Notes under the pieces: model-generated | What the model saw: only the letters and a program-made list of their open reading frames with translations | The model's database searches: none | Told to the model about the DNA's origin: nothing | Program-made: the position numbers and the translations under genes | Shown: one piece after another, positions 41,646 to 56,060 of the stretch | Numbering within the stretch: the first letter of the stretch is position 1 | Layout: each line of letters starts with the position of its first letter | Assembly: GCF_006345805.1 (NCBI RefSeq) | Contig: NC_043005.1 | Span: 52,266,001 to 52,330,000 of the forward strand | Source of the DNA: Octopus sinensis | Taxonomy: Eukaryota | Length of the DNA stretch: 64,000 nucleotides | Direction: 5' to 3'

Positions 41646-41683
<38 letters not shown>

Positions 41684-44071
41684 TTATAAACAACACATAT
41701 TGTGTGTGTGTTTTGCACGCAAGTATAGGCACTTAGACACAAACAGGCTGATACTGATTCACACACACACACACACACACACACATGAGCATGAGAAACA
41801 ACAGAGAAAATTCCAGACACAAACACATACGCTAGCAAATCAACGCCAACACCAACACCACCACCACGATCAGCACCACCGCCATCATCACCACCACTAC
41901 CACCAATGGCCACTATTTACTCCCAACACCAACGCCAACACCACAGATCCTAGCTCCACCAACACCACCACCACCACCACCGCAACCTCTTACCGCCTCC
42001 TCCCCCATCCATCATTCTTCATTAACAAGTGTTATTTATATCTACCAAGTAATTGTAATAAGTAGAAATACTGTAGCAATCTTTTTTTTTTCCGAAATAA
42101 TGCCCACCTACTGTAAATGCTCAGTTTTCTTTTATTTCCTTTTTTTTTTTTGGTGTTTGTATTTATATTCTTTTTACACTCGTTGCAGTTTTTCCTTCAT
42201 TCTAACTAATTAGATTTACCTTTCTCCTTTTTTTCTTCTTCTATTATCATTTTTCTTTCTTTTCCTTTTTTTTTTTTTTTTTTTTTTTTTTCCTCACTCA
42301 ATCTATTGCCTCATCAATCTCGTTTTTCGTTACTGGTTACTTTCTGAACAAAGAAAGAACTAACTCCCATAATAAGTGTTCTTACTCCCAATTGCCATCA
42401 ACCCCTTCATACGCCAATTTCTCTATTTCAAAACATTCGCAGAGGTTTCTATTATATTCTATTTTATGTTGGGTAACCTTCTAGTTTTCACGTTGGTTTT
42501 TAATTAACATTTGTCGTTCTGCTGTCCCCCCAATATTTCTATATTTAAAATAGTTTAAAATATTGCTTTCCGCTTGTTTTCGTTTTGTCTACACGTGTAT
42601 TCTTCTTTTTCTCATTTCGCTGTTACTCATCACATTTAATACTATATACAGTCTTAGGAAAGAAGAGGAGTAGAAGAAGGAGGTACGAAAGCGGACAAAG
42701 AGTTCAATTGGTTATTATAGCCATAGGTCAGATCTAACTGAGAGCAGACCTCTGATCAAAGACATTCCGTTCGAAACTCTTCTGTAGGTATATCCAAAAA
42801 TGTTTTATTGGTTTCAAATTTTTACACATGATCAGCAAGTTCGAATCTCAGTGTTCAGCTGATATATATTTTTATCAATTCTGAAAGGATGAAAGGCGAA
42901 GTCGGCCTCGTCGGAATTTGAACTCAGATTGTATTAACGATTCTGCCAGCAGGCTGCCTTACAACTGCGTTTTATTGAATTTTTCGAGCTTTCCGTTATT
43001 TGTTCCGGTTCTGAGTGAGAGTCCAGCTGAGGTCAACTCTACTTTCATTTCTCCGAGGTCGATAAAATGTGGTACCACACAAATATTGGGGTTAATGGCA
43101 TCGACTAATGTCCATTCCTTAAAACTGCACGCCAGGTGCCTAAATAAGGAACAAGCATATGTTTGCTACAGCAAACCGTCCCACATATGAGTATGTACCT
43201 ACACACGTATGTAAGTATATGTGTATGCAAGTAAGTCATTATTTAGTTTTATTTCAATATTTCGTCTCAACAGAGAAAGAGCCGGTTTCTATTCTAGATC
43301 CAAGGCTCCTTCATTGGAATTTCAACATCAGCTGGGTGTATATGAATGTATGAATGTACGTAAGTATGTATGTGTGTATGTATGCATGTATATGCGTATA
43401 TCTATATGTTTTATTTTATGTATGTATTCTCATGCATGTAGCTGCATGTATAGATATGCTTAAATCATAAATTTCCGGAAAGTTTTACAAGTTTTATAAC
43501 TCCGGTGATGGCTTGGAACTGTAACCCATGAATCAACTTTCACCTTTCTGATTTTGTGTATCCTAATTTCTTAAAATTGGTACTTAAGTAGTGTGTTACA
43601 TACCTCAGTGCGCCAATAATTACAGGTATAAACCTGAACTTGTAATCTGGGTAGAATAACTGTAGATTACATGTATGTATGTATGTATGTATGTTTGTTC
43701 TTAGCATATATATATATATATATATATCTATATATATATATATCTATATATATATATATATAGATATATATATATATGAATATATATATATATATATATA
43801 TATAAAATTGAGGGAGATAAATTAATATTAATTTTAATATCAATTTAAAACCAGTAGTCCAGCATTCAAAAAATCTGAGGAGTCAGAGAAAATTCAAATA
43901 TATGTGTATATTGGCAGGGCTGGCCTGCTAGGTAGCCGGCCAGAATGCTAGAAGAAGATCATCAACGATCAAACTACAAGGGAAATTCTCTAGAGGAAGA
44001 ATTCACGAACACCAACCAGAACCCACTTTGGCGGGCAGGACATATGAAAAATTAAATAAATAACAGACTTA

Positions 44072-44146
44072 AATGCATACTCGGTTTCGGTCTTAACAAA
44101 AGTATTACTTGCATAATTCAAGTGTCCGTGACATCTTCAGTACATT
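44072..44146 (-). ncRNA. Type I hammerhead motif (left arm)
   Basis: AATGTA-CTGAAGA-TGTC...GACC-GAAA-CCGA-GTA-TGCATT on the minus strand. Confidence 0.65.
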
Positions 44147-44373
44147 CGGTCCTCGTGATGCAAACCGAAAGACTAACCCCAGCTCTCTGTGTCAAGACAG
44201 ACACGTGCTTAGTCTTACTGATTACATCGGGAATAAAATTTCAAATGTCTTGGTTCTGGCGCCAGAACCAAGACATTTGAAATTTTATTCCCGATGTAAT
44301 CAGTAAGACTAAGCACGTGTCTGTCTTGACACAGAGAGCTGGGGTTAGTCTTTCGGTTTGCATCACGAGACCG

Positions 44374-44448
44374 AATGTACTGAAGATGTCCGCACACTTG
44401 AATTATGCAAGTAATTCTTTTGTTAAGACCGAAACCGAGGTATGCATT
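44374..44448 (+). ncRNA. Type I hammerhead motif (right arm)
   Basis: AATGTA-CTGAAGA-TGTC..(long loop)..GACC-GAAA-CC GA GG-TA-TGCATT: stem I 6 bp, stem III ACC/GGT, GUA triplet at 44440-44442. Confidence 0.7.
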
Positions 44449-44785
44449 TAAGTCTGTTATTTATTTAATTTTTCATATGTCCTGCCCGCCAAAGTTGGTT
44501 CTGGTGTTCGCTGAATTCTTCCTCTAGAGAATTTCCCTTGTAGTTTGCTCGTTGATGATCTTCTTCTAGCATTCTGGCCGGCTACCTAGCAGGCCAGCCC
44601 TGCCAATATACACACATATATAATATATATATATATATATTATATATATAGATATATATATATATATATAATATAAATATATATATAATGTATGCATTTA
44701 TATGTATATATATCTATCTATATATCTATATCTATCTATCTACCTACCTACCTATCTTTCTATCTATCTATCTATCTATCTATCT

Positions 44786-44903
<118 letters not shown>

Positions 44904-45075
44904 TCTTTTACTTCTGTGTAAAGAAGGTTACCAATGGTTTCATGTGTAGAACAGATTTTTACAATTGTTCAAATATCTCCCTTACATGAAATTATCCATA
45001 ACCTTCTTAACTAACAAGTAAATATTATTTATCCACAAACTCATTTTCACGCTTCGATATTACCGCTCGCGTATA

Positions 45076-45119
<44 letters not shown>

Positions 45120-45590
45120 TAAATATACTTAAAATCACAATAATAGTAATTATAACATCAATTATAACATCAATTATAAATTAATATGTTCTCAAACCGG
45201 CAGTAAATTACTGGGGTAGTATTTACATCCGGATTTTTTTTTAACGCGCGAGAATGAGGATATTTGAACATAACTGCAAATATAATCGGCTGTGCCATTC
45301 GTTTTTCTTCGGCTTCGTATGGATGTTGGCGTTTGACTCAGAAAATTATATTTTTTTGATATACTCGACTGACGATCCGAAAATGATTATGTAAGAAAAA
45401 TTACACAATCTATTAACGGTGAAACAATTGTATAGAGTTAATCTATTTTTTCGTTATTTTTCATTTGTCCTGCTCGCTTACATTCTTGGCGCGTTGAATT
45501 AATGCTTGAGAATAATTTCTTTAGTGGTGGATTCCCCGTCGGATCTATATCTACCGTTAGAGTGACCACATGTGACTCTCTCTCATTACT

Positions 45591-45646
<56 letters not shown>

Positions 45647-46828
45647 ATCTTATATATATAATATATATATATATATATAGATTGTGTATATATAGAGGGA
45701 GAGAGAAAGAGAGAGAGAGAGAAACAGACAGACAGAGACAGAGACAAAGTGATAGACAGACAGATATAGAGTGATAATTATAGATATAGCGATAGACAGA
45801 CGGACAGTCGGATAGAAAGTTAATGCATAACACAATGTTTTGAACATGCATGTATCTGTGGACATCGTTACCTGTGATGATCCATATGTTTTGACTTAAG
45901 TATGTGTACACATAAGTTTGTATGCCTACACTTGTCTATATGCACATACTACATACTAAACCTCTGTGACGTTTTACATATATCAATGCATATTTATGTG
46001 TACATAAGTGTGTCTCGTCTTGAGAACTTAGTTATTTTCAAGTTTCGTCGTATTTAACCGGTTTTCTTTTTGTTCATTATTTCATATGGCTTCTTTCCAT
46101 TTTATTTTGAACAGAAAATTATCTGAATCCATTATTAACGTTACAAGGCATTAATAGTGACAGTATGAAGTGATGTTGGCATATGTTATTACCACTTCTT
46201 AATATGTTGGATCAATGCAGTTGGTGAAAATATTATAGCTAGAATATGAATTTTGATCGTCAGATTTATAAGTCAGCCGTAATGCTTTTACGAAACTATG
46301 AGAAATCATTGACAGAGAGCTAGAATACAGTCGTGTTTTCCATGTAATATGTCTGAAACATATTGCGTCGATGACATGATTTGTTCTGCATTGAAATCGC
46401 ATTCGGCCCATGATTCAGGAGTTCCAGAGTTTTGAGCATAGGCCTGTCTGACCTCGCGTAATAAATTGCAGTCCGTTTAGTTCAGTCTCGCAACTATATG
46501 GTTTCGAGTTTAATTTTAGTGCGTGGCTCTTTGGGCAAGTGTATTTTACTGTAGTCAGGGACCGCGTGAAAGCTCGTGAATAAATTTCAGGCAGTGTTTA
46601 GAGTCAAGGGTTTCCTGAATTTAGGCCCATTTCATCTAATACGTCATTTATTTCAAATGTGGTTGGGTGCAATTTGGAGTAGATATGGTTGCCATCTCAT
46701 GCAGAATGTGCAACGACGTAAGGGATTTCTAGATATCGAAGATGTGGATATCCGCCATATGAATTTTTCGTTACCTTTCACCAAAGTCTCCGCATTTGTG
46801 GACATTCGGTCAATATTTCAGACTGGAC

Positions 46829-46985
46829 GAGGTGGCGAGCTGGCAAAATCGTTAGCACGCCGTTAGCGGCATTTCGTTCGTCTTTACGTTCTGAGTTCAA
46901 ATTCCGCCATGGTCGATTTAACAGTTCATCCTTCCAGAGTCGATTAAATATGTACCAGTTGAGTACTGGGATCCTTGAAATCAAA
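46829..46985 (+). mobile_element. SINE family B, partial
   Basis: GGTGGCGAGCTGGCAAAATCGTTAGCACG ... GAGTTCAAATTCCGCC. Confidence 0.8.
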
Positions 46986-47948
46986 TTACTCCTCCTCCTC
47001 CTCCTCTTCCTAAATTGATGGGCTTGGGCCAAAATTCGAAACTAATGTTCATGTCAGACTGGATATCCATGACCATGTTATGCCATATGTCCTTCACTAG
47101 AGTAAGATTTGAGCAAATTTTGGTTATTATTTCTTGCATCTGAAGTGATCCCGTAAATACCACGACTCTTAACATTGATGTTTGTTTAGACTCGACCCAT
47201 TTTATGTAATACATCCCTTATTTCTAATTCGGTTGGGTGCAATTTGTGGTAGATATGGTTGCCATCTCCAGCAGAATGTGCAACGACGTAAAGGCTTTCT
47301 AGGTTTCGAAGAGTGTGGTTATCCACTGTATAGACTGTTCTTGTTACTGTGCAATAGACTTAACCATCGACCTTGTCTTTATAAGTCCTCACCAAAGTCC
47401 ACCTTGTCTGAAATCAGTAATCTGGTTTGAGAGCGATTTCCTCTCTCCATTTCATGTCAAGATTTGAGAAGTGTTTTTTTCTCCTTTAAGTCATACAAAA
47501 TAACAATAGGAATGCGATTTACGGAAATGTAGGTGCATCAGAGCGCTCTTAATACATTAGGTGCTCTGAAAAATCCTTTCTATGTGCAACGTTGGCTGGA
47601 AGATTCTGTATGGATATTATCAACTGCACTTGTTTCACCCTCAGCTATGCCCTACAGTAATGCAAACGTCTCGTCTACAGCGTCTCAGTGACTCGTAGCA
47701 ATGAAATACCTCTCTCACACTCTTGCACTTTCTCTCTTTCTTCCTCTCTCTCTTTCTCTCTCACTCTCTAACACTCTCTCTCTGTCTCTGCGGAATATAT
47801 TTCACAGCAAGAAACAAAAAGAAAAAGAAAAACATTCCCACGCAACTCTCCTAATTGTACTAATTCGGCAAAGCTATTGGGGATGCGATGAATGTGGGAT
47901 AAAAATCATTGAGTTACTGCTTTGATTTTCTAGTAGATAGGTTTATGG

Positions 47949-47982
<34 letters not shown>

Positions 47983-48075
47983 TGTATGTATGTATGTATG
48001 TATGTATGTATGTATGTGTGTATGTATGTATGTATATAGTGTGTATGTATGTATGTGTTTATCTATCTATCTATC

Positions 48076-48132
<57 letters not shown>

Positions 48133-48241
48133 CGTTTATCTGTCTGTTAGCCATCCACCCACCCGTCTGTCCGCTCGTACATCCGCCTGCCTGTCTCTAT
48201 GTATATCACTATCTTTGTCTGTCTCTCTCTCTCTCTGTCTA

Positions 48242-48320
<79 letters not shown>

Positions 48321-48372
48321 ATTCTTCCGTCCGTCCACTCGCCCGTCTGTCTATCTGTCTGTCCGTCTGTCC

Positions 48373-48420
<48 letters not shown>

Positions 48421-48437
48421 GTCTGTCTGTCTGTCTA

Positions 48438-48476
<39 letters not shown>

Positions 48477-48954
48477 GTATCTATCTATCTATTGCATACA
48501 CGCACATACAACAACCGCCATCCGTATTTACGCTGTATACGCTTACATATCAGCTGTAGCTACAATTTATATACGTATAATTTAATGATGAGTTTGCCTG
48601 TCGTTAATTACGAAGCATTTTAAATATTTTCATTTCTAGAAAGTAAATTGCTTTATCATAAAATCTGAATGTCTAAATTAAAATTTGTTTAAAGACTGTT
48701 AGTTCAAACATTTATATTCCATTGACCTAACTATCTTTCTATTGCCGTATTTATCTGACTCCATCTATTCTTTCTTCTACACACATTCTCACTATCTAAC
48801 ATACATACACACGCATACGGGCATACGGTATGTATGTATGTATGTGTGTATGTATGTATGTATGTATGTATGTATGTGTGTATGTATGTATGTATGTATG
48901 TACGTATATATGTATGTGCATTCATATATATGCATATATATATATATATGAATG

Positions 48955-48986
<32 letters not shown>

Positions 48987-49189
48987 AATGTGTGTGTGTA
49001 TTTATGTACATATGAATGTATGTTTACACGTATATATTTATCATACATACATATACATATGTGTATATGTATGCGTGTGTGTATATATATATATTCATAT
49101 GTACATATGTATATGTATATCTAATTTTTCATAGATATATACATAAATATTGTATCTACGGATAAATATGAATATATATATATATTATA

Positions 49190-49278
<89 letters not shown>

Positions 49279-51413
49279 CATATATGTACGTTTATACATA
49301 TATCGATTGGTTTATCTGTAAGTTTATCAGATTATCTATGTATTTATCTATATGTTTATCCCTTATATATCTGTCACTCTATTCACCCCTATTCACTTAT
49401 AAAGATATTACATTGGAAAGCTCACAACAAAATAATATTGAAATAGTTTTTGCATCTAATAGTACATTTTTTTGCACGAAATCTCACCTTCCTAATTGGC
49501 ATAGAATCTCTCTTAACATTTTAAGTGCTGCCGAGAACAACTTTCACGTTTCCATTATGACTAGATTAAATATTACCTTTGTCAAGGAATTTTTCGATCA
49601 AATTATGAAAGAATAGAGTACAAAGCATACAGAAACCACACTTAAAAGCTTTAGGATCTGTTTTGCGATGAGGTGAACCACTTATTTCAAGCGAGTGACC
49701 TGTATCTATTCCCAAAAGATTTTTCTTTTAACTAAGTGGATAACTTTATTATTTTCAAACATTTGTGTGTTTCTTTCATTGTGTGCATGTGTGTTTGTGC
49801 GTGTATGTGTGTGGGTGGGTGTGCGTGTGAGTAAATATATTTGTATACGTGTCCGTGGTCTTTACCATTGCTCTTTCAATTAAGAATAACTGCAACAAAA
49901 AGTCTCCGTCAATTTATCTGTATCACTTTTATTTAAGCATAACTGCTCTCATCTACCTTTGATGTAAACTCAAAATGGCTGCTACTATCCTTTTTACATA
50001 TTCTCTTTAGATAGTGATCATCGGAAGATTTGTCTAGTGCAGTTCATTCCACACCAGTTGTATTGATTATTGTATCACTCGATGTTGGGCCAGACTTCTA
50101 TACACCAAAACCACGGAACTTGCCAAAAGTATCCCTTCCGCTTATTTGGCAAATGGTTATTATTGTCTGGACCGAGCAAAATGGCGAATCTCACTTGTAC
50201 TGTAACACTCTTATCGCTCAATGAAGCATTAATGTACACGTAGATATCTACATTTTTCTCTTTCTATCTTTTCCCCTTAGTCTCTCATATACTCTTAATC
50301 TATATTTCCATAAAGAAGCATAAACACACACACACACACATACACAGACACACACACACATAATGATCACAAACTCTGACATACATATTAATAAAGCACA
50401 TACATGGACAGAGGCATATACATACATGCACACACACATGCGTATTCACGCACACACACTCTCACATACGTACATAGATATATGCGCATGCACACATACA
50501 TACCTGAATGCTGACCAACAGATAAAAACTCACATTCACACTCACTCATATAAACATATACGCCTATGTACTGAATCACAGATACACACACTGACACAGA
50601 TACACATGTATGCTTATACCTGCATACAGACTCACGAATGCACGGACATACACAAGGACAACTCACAGGCAAATAGTAATAAAGCACATATATGCTCATA
50701 CACATGCATACACACACATATTAAAACGCACGCACACAGAGAAGACATAAGCATACACACATATATGCTTAAAAACATCGAGACAAAAACTAGCAAAAAA
50801 AAAAAGAGGGGGGGGGGATCCTGTGTGAGAATATGTGAAGATGCGTATATGCGTGTGTATATGCTTTTAGGATTGTATGTAAATGCATATGTAATACATA
50901 AATAACCCATGCACTTATACATACATGCATACTTACATACTTCCGTATATACATGCATACATGCATATACATATATATATATATATATTTACATATAAAT
51001 AAACACATATATATACATGTATACATATGTGTGTGTGTGTGTCTTTCTGTGTGTATGAACATATACATAGGAAAACATGGAAGTAAAGCTCTGAACATAT
51101 TGAATAGAATACAAACAATCTCAGCCTGGAAGGAACCGAGGAACGAAACATTAAGTTATATATATATATATAAAAATAAAATAAAATATATAAGTAAAAA
51201 AAAAAACAAAAAAAAGAAGCGATAAGAAAGACTACGGAATTAGTGATGAGCTTGCGGTAGTTGGTATCTATTCACAGATAGCATCTGTAAAAATATGAAA
51301 ATTTGTGTAGCGTTAGCCAAGGTCAGTTCTTGATGTATCGTCCAAAGAACTTCAAAACAAGATATTGAGTGCTGGAATTGAATACTGGGAATTTATTTAG
51401 TTTGGTGCTTGTT

Positions 51414-51463
<50 letters not shown>

Positions 51464-51624
51464 ACACACAAGTGCGCGCGCACGCACGCACACACACACG
51501 CACACATACACACACACACACACGTATGCACTCAAGCATTGTATTCACTTGCTTACAAGACTGTCATTAAGAAGTTCGCTATGCACTCACGTGATTACAT
51601 ACATACATGCATACACATACATAT

Positions 51625-51656
<32 letters not shown>

Positions 51657-51848
51657 AATATATCAAGAGAATGTGCCTATGTACACATACACATACACAC
51701 ATATATATAAATATCTTTTACTTGATTCAGTCATTAGCCTGCGGCCATGCTGAGGCACCGAAGAAATTTTAGCGCATATATGCATAATATGCATACATAT
51801 ATGTATGTATATACATACATATATACATACATACATACATACATACAT

Positions 51849-51879
<31 letters not shown>

Positions 51880-51894
51880 TATATAGGGAGCAAA

Positions 51895-52365
51895 AATGAT
51901 GAAGATTCAGTAAGGCATAGTAAGGCTCGTTTGGCCTAAATAATTGTGGCCACAACCTGAGCAAGTTAGGACATAGATAAGATTCTGAGAAGTACATGTG
52001 AAGTTCGTCTTAATTGAGAATTTTTCTCCTTTCCGGAATGTGAATTCCGAGCCTTCAGTTAGGAATGGGTATGTACCACAATTAGGTCGTCTGCATTTTT
52101 TAACTGTTGATATCGTATGTATTGAGTATAGTTTTGCATTTGTTAGGAGTATCTTGATTGATTTTATGTGTATATAGGATGTTGTTCATTTCTGGATGTT
52201 GAGTGAGCAAAGGAAAATTTTGTATAATTGTATTGTATGCTTCATTGTTTCTGGGGTTGTGGGTTGATATGTATGGGAGTGATTTAAAGTGAGGTGTGGT
52301 GTTTTGTTTGTTGTCCTTAGTGTGTTTGTGTCCAATTTCTTGGACACAAACGTTTAGTTCCATGG
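51895..52365 (-). mobile_element. PLE remnant: linker, Cys-rich region and GIY-YIG N-terminus
   Basis: Minus translation LPYISTHNPRNNEAYNTIIQNFPLL... then KKCRRPNCGTYPFLTEGSEF...FTCTSQNLIYVLTCSGCGHNYLGQT (GIY-YIG with CxxC). Confidence 0.85.
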
Positions 52366-52394
52366 TCTATAAGTGCGGGTGGATATTGACGTTC

Positions 52395-52520
52395 AATGAC
52401 TGTTTCGTTAGAGAAGATCTGGACATGCTAGAGCATCTATCAAAAAACACCAACGAAGAAGCACTATTAGTCACCTTCGATGTTATCAACCTCTACACTA
52501 AAATTCCACATGACTACGGA
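52395..52520 (+). mobile_element. PLE reverse transcriptase fragment, inverted relative to the adjacent PLE remnant
   Basis: VREDLDMLEHLSKNTNEEALLVTFDVINLYTKIPHDYG matches the PLE RT motif L.TFDV..LYT.IPH..G. Confidence 0.85.
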
Positions 52521-52689
52521 TGGAAAATGCTCCTGAGAGCAAAATACAAAAATGTATCGGGAGCGTGTGGGAACAAAAGACCCACATCACCAGAGGAAAG
52601 AAGTATGAAACTATTGAGGTGAGATTTGGGACGGAAAAAAGAGCCAGGTGTCATTGCACGACCACTTTGAGGAATGGCAACTTTTTAAT

Positions 52690-53350
52690 TCTCAACTATC
52701 GTGGCTACGTCTTTCCAAGTTTAGGGTGTTAAATTTACCGCCAGAAATATCCAGCATCTGGTTAGTGGGTGCCGTCCCGGCAGGTATAGAAGAAGAGGAA
52801 GTGACTATATTGGCTGTCAAGAAAATATCTGAGCAAAACTGGTCCGGTTTAGGTATGGAAGTGACTTTAGAATCTAAGCCGGACCATATCGACCAGCTGC
52901 CTGATCTAATTGATCTCCCGTAGAAAGCCAAGATGTCACATATGTGGATCTGTAACACAGTTAAAGGCTTTTTGCTTTGAAACAAGAAAAAATAAACTCC
53001 CACTGCTGCCAACACCACAAACACCACTAAAGAAAAATCATGAACAAGTGCTCAAGGCACCTACACCTACACTCACACCCACGGACACACCTACTTCCAA
53101 ACCAAGACAAAGAAGGAATATACCTCCAGTTGCTACAGAAAAGCAAACCAACATCAAGTCTGCCTCCCAAACCAACATAAACTGCAATAATATCGAGAAA
53201 GAAGAGCTGAACGATCAATGGATCACAGTAACAAAAGTGGGTAGGCGAAAGAGGAGGAGAGGACACAGCCCCACTCCAAGAAATCAACAAAAACATATTC
53301 TGAAACCACAACTGCAACACAATTCACAACCACTCAACTTAAGAAAAACG
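52690..53350 (+). mobile_element. LINE ORF1/gag-like remnant
   Basis: FRVLNLPPEI (RRM-like), degenerate knuckle CHICGSVTQLKAFC, then low-complexity basic W.TV..RRKRR; contains stops. Confidence 0.5.
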
Positions 53351-54413
53351 AGCATTTAAGACACCTCCTTCTTTTTGCTTTTAATGACGGTTCTAAGGCC
53401 GCAAAAGCTGCTCGCGACATTTGTGCTGTGTATGGAGAGGGTGCCATAGCTGAAAGAACCGCTCGGGATTGGTATGCCAAGTTCGAAAATGGAAATTTTG
53501 ACCTCAAAACGCACCGCGTTCTGGCCGTACAGTTAAGTTCGATGAAGAGTGATTAAACCAACTTTTGCACGAAAATTCTCGTCAAACGACAAGGGAACTG
53601 TCAGAGGAAATGGAATGTTCCGACACTGCTATAGAGAAGCATCTTCACTCGATGGGAAGGGTTCCGAAGTATGGAGAATGGGTTCCGCATGCTTTAAGTG
53701 ACAACAAGAAAAATCAACGAGTCACAGTCTCCGCTGGTTTGCTTGCTCGTCATCGCTCAACTCATGGACACAAACAACGATTTCTTTACCGAATCGTTAC
53801 TGGCGATGAAAAATCGTGCCTGTAAATCAATATGAAGCAGCGTAAGGATTGGCTTAGCCCCGGTAAACAAGCGACACTGCGCGTGAAACAAGATCTTCAT
53901 CCACGTAAAACGATGTTTTTCCTATAGTGGAACTGGGAAGGGATTATCCATTACGAATTGCTTGAAGGGAATCAAACGGTCAACGCGGAACTCTATGTTC
54001 AACAGATGGAACGACTCAACACGGCTATTCAAGAGAGAAGACCTAATCAGAAGCATAGAGTTCTGCTGCATATCGCCAATATGACCAAGGAAGCCATTCA
54101 AACGCATGGCATGGGAAGTGCAGCCACACCCACCGTACTCTCCTGGTTTGGCACAAACCGATTTCCACTTCTTTCGATCTCTTCCAAATGCTATGCACGG
54201 GGTTTCGTTCAATTCTGATGCAGAATTGAGAGCTTGGTTGGGTCAATTTTTCGAGTCGAAATCGATGTATTGAAAATCTTGTTGAACGTTGGGAAGTTGT
54301 AAACAACAAGGGAAAATACATTATTGATTAATTAGTTAGTTTTTTTTTTATTAAATCCTTTTAAGATATTAAAATTTAAAAAAAAAAGCGGGAACCTAGT
54401 TGCCAACCTAATA
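53350..54413 (+). mobile_element. Near-complete decayed mariner transposon (5' TIR missing)
   Basis: HLRHLLLFAF...AARDICAVYGEG...WYAKF; WVPHAL; IVTGDEK; PHPPYSP.LA.TDFHFF; ends NKGKYIID*; 3' TIR GGAACCTAGTTGCCAACCTAA+TA. Confidence 0.92.
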
Positions 54414-54792
54414 TATACTGATGTTCACCTCGTTGAATTTTTCAATTTCAAATTTTTCTTTGTAATTTATCATCATCATCATCATCATCACCACCACCGC
54501 CGCCTCCGTCGTTGTTTTTGTTATTATTATTATTGTTGTTGTTGTTGTGCTTTAGTAATTATTATCCTTATAACAGGAAGCTGTTTCAAAATTTTTGTTA
54601 CCATCATTCTTCCTCTTGCGGAAATGTCACTAATAAATATCACGACGAAAGAAATGAATGCCTGTTACTCCCTTGCACTTCGATGTTATTCTCACTTGAG
54701 TTGATACATTGTCTTTAGTTCAACAAAATACCGTTTATTTATTGTGTGTTTCATATTTAATCCTCATTTTATATTACACATATCTTTACCAG

Positions 54793-55299
54793 ATCCTTGC
54801 TAGTAACAACAGATTGAAAAATGTCAACAAAGATATTGGATTTATGGAGAAATTACGAATAATAAACTTCAGAAATAACATCCTAAATAAAATACCTGCT
54901 TCTATCTCCAGTCTGCAATGCCTAGAGTCGCTTGATATCACAAACAACAACGTAAAAAACCTACCTCCTGCAATCCATAAATGTATTGCATTAAAATCTA
55001 TATATGCCTCAGAAAATCGTATTCGATCGCTTCCAAAGAAAATTCATTTAGTACCATGGCTGGAATATTGCGATTTCACTTACAATTCTATAAAATCTAT
55101 AAGAAAAACTCTCTATATGTCACCGGCTACATTCGATTTCAGTTACAATAAATTAACAAAACTCCCGGAAGTTGCAGGAAAAAAAAGACCAAAGGTGAAG
55201 TCGATCCATGTCCCATATAACTTAATCTCGAAAATCCCCGATAATATACATAAGATGGAAATTCTGGTTTACGTTGATCTTTCGCACAATCAACTCGAG
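54793..55299 (+). CDS. LRR-rich coding exon (169 aa, about 7 LRR units)
   Basis: Acceptor TCTTTACCAG|ATC and donor GAG|GTACGT, both phase 0; repeats such as LRIINFRNNILNKIPASI, LESLDITNNNVKNLPPAI, LVYVDLSHNQL. Confidence 0.92.
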
Positions 55300-56060
55300 G
55301 TACGTATTTTTTAATTCTTTAATTCAAAAGTTGAAGTATTCATATCGAACCTTTCCACGTATACTTTGCTTAATATCTATCTTATCAAATTCATAAGGGA
55401 AATTTTGTGGAAGATCGGTTATCAACATTTGACACGAGAGCAGACCTCAGTGTAAATGTAACAACAGTTACTGTTAAGTTATCTCTACTGATTTTCTATG
55501 GAATTTAGAACCAGTAGTGAATGTTACGACGTTTCGTATCCGAATACGTCTATGTAAGCAATGCGATCGAAGATAGAAAAAAGAGGTACTTGTATACGAA
55601 ACGTCGTAACTTTCAGAGCTGGCTCTAAATTATGCAGGAAATTTTTAAAGATCAACTTTAAAGTGTTTGTAACGCACTGCTAACATAAAAGTGGTACACA
55701 TTATTGTATTATGTACCTTTAATATACTTGGTAGTATATAATGTTTGCAAAACGAAATAGTGTCTCTACCAGCAATTAATTGAACCTACTGTAATACAAC
55801 ATATATATGGACCACCATATATACGTTATAGGTGATATAGTTATGGACCACCATATATATGTTATAGGTGATATAGTTATAGGTGGTACCTGAACCAGTT
55901 TCTCAATTCATAGATAACCCGATAAATATTTGTAGGGAATCATCTCTGGTCTTATCAGTGAATACGAGCTCATTGAAGTTCAGGTCCTAGTCTCCATTCC
56001 TAGCTTCATGTACACTATGTGATCAAAAGTATCTACCTTCACACACACATAATATATGTA

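Larger units (their letters stand above)
43903..44614. repeat. Spacerless ~710 bp palindrome of a PLE pLTR-like sequence
   Basis: Centre GGCGCC at 44258-44263; the arms are reverse complements with a few substitutions and indels. Confidence 0.95.

Noticed and set aside
50011-50224. Extra exon of the LRR gene after TTCTCTTTAG
   Set aside because: All three frames from the acceptor stop within ~55 nt; no LRR pattern.
55520-55560. Hammerhead on the minus strand (GTAT tcgg ATAC GAAA CGTC GTAA)
   Set aside because: No CUGANGA core between stems I and II.
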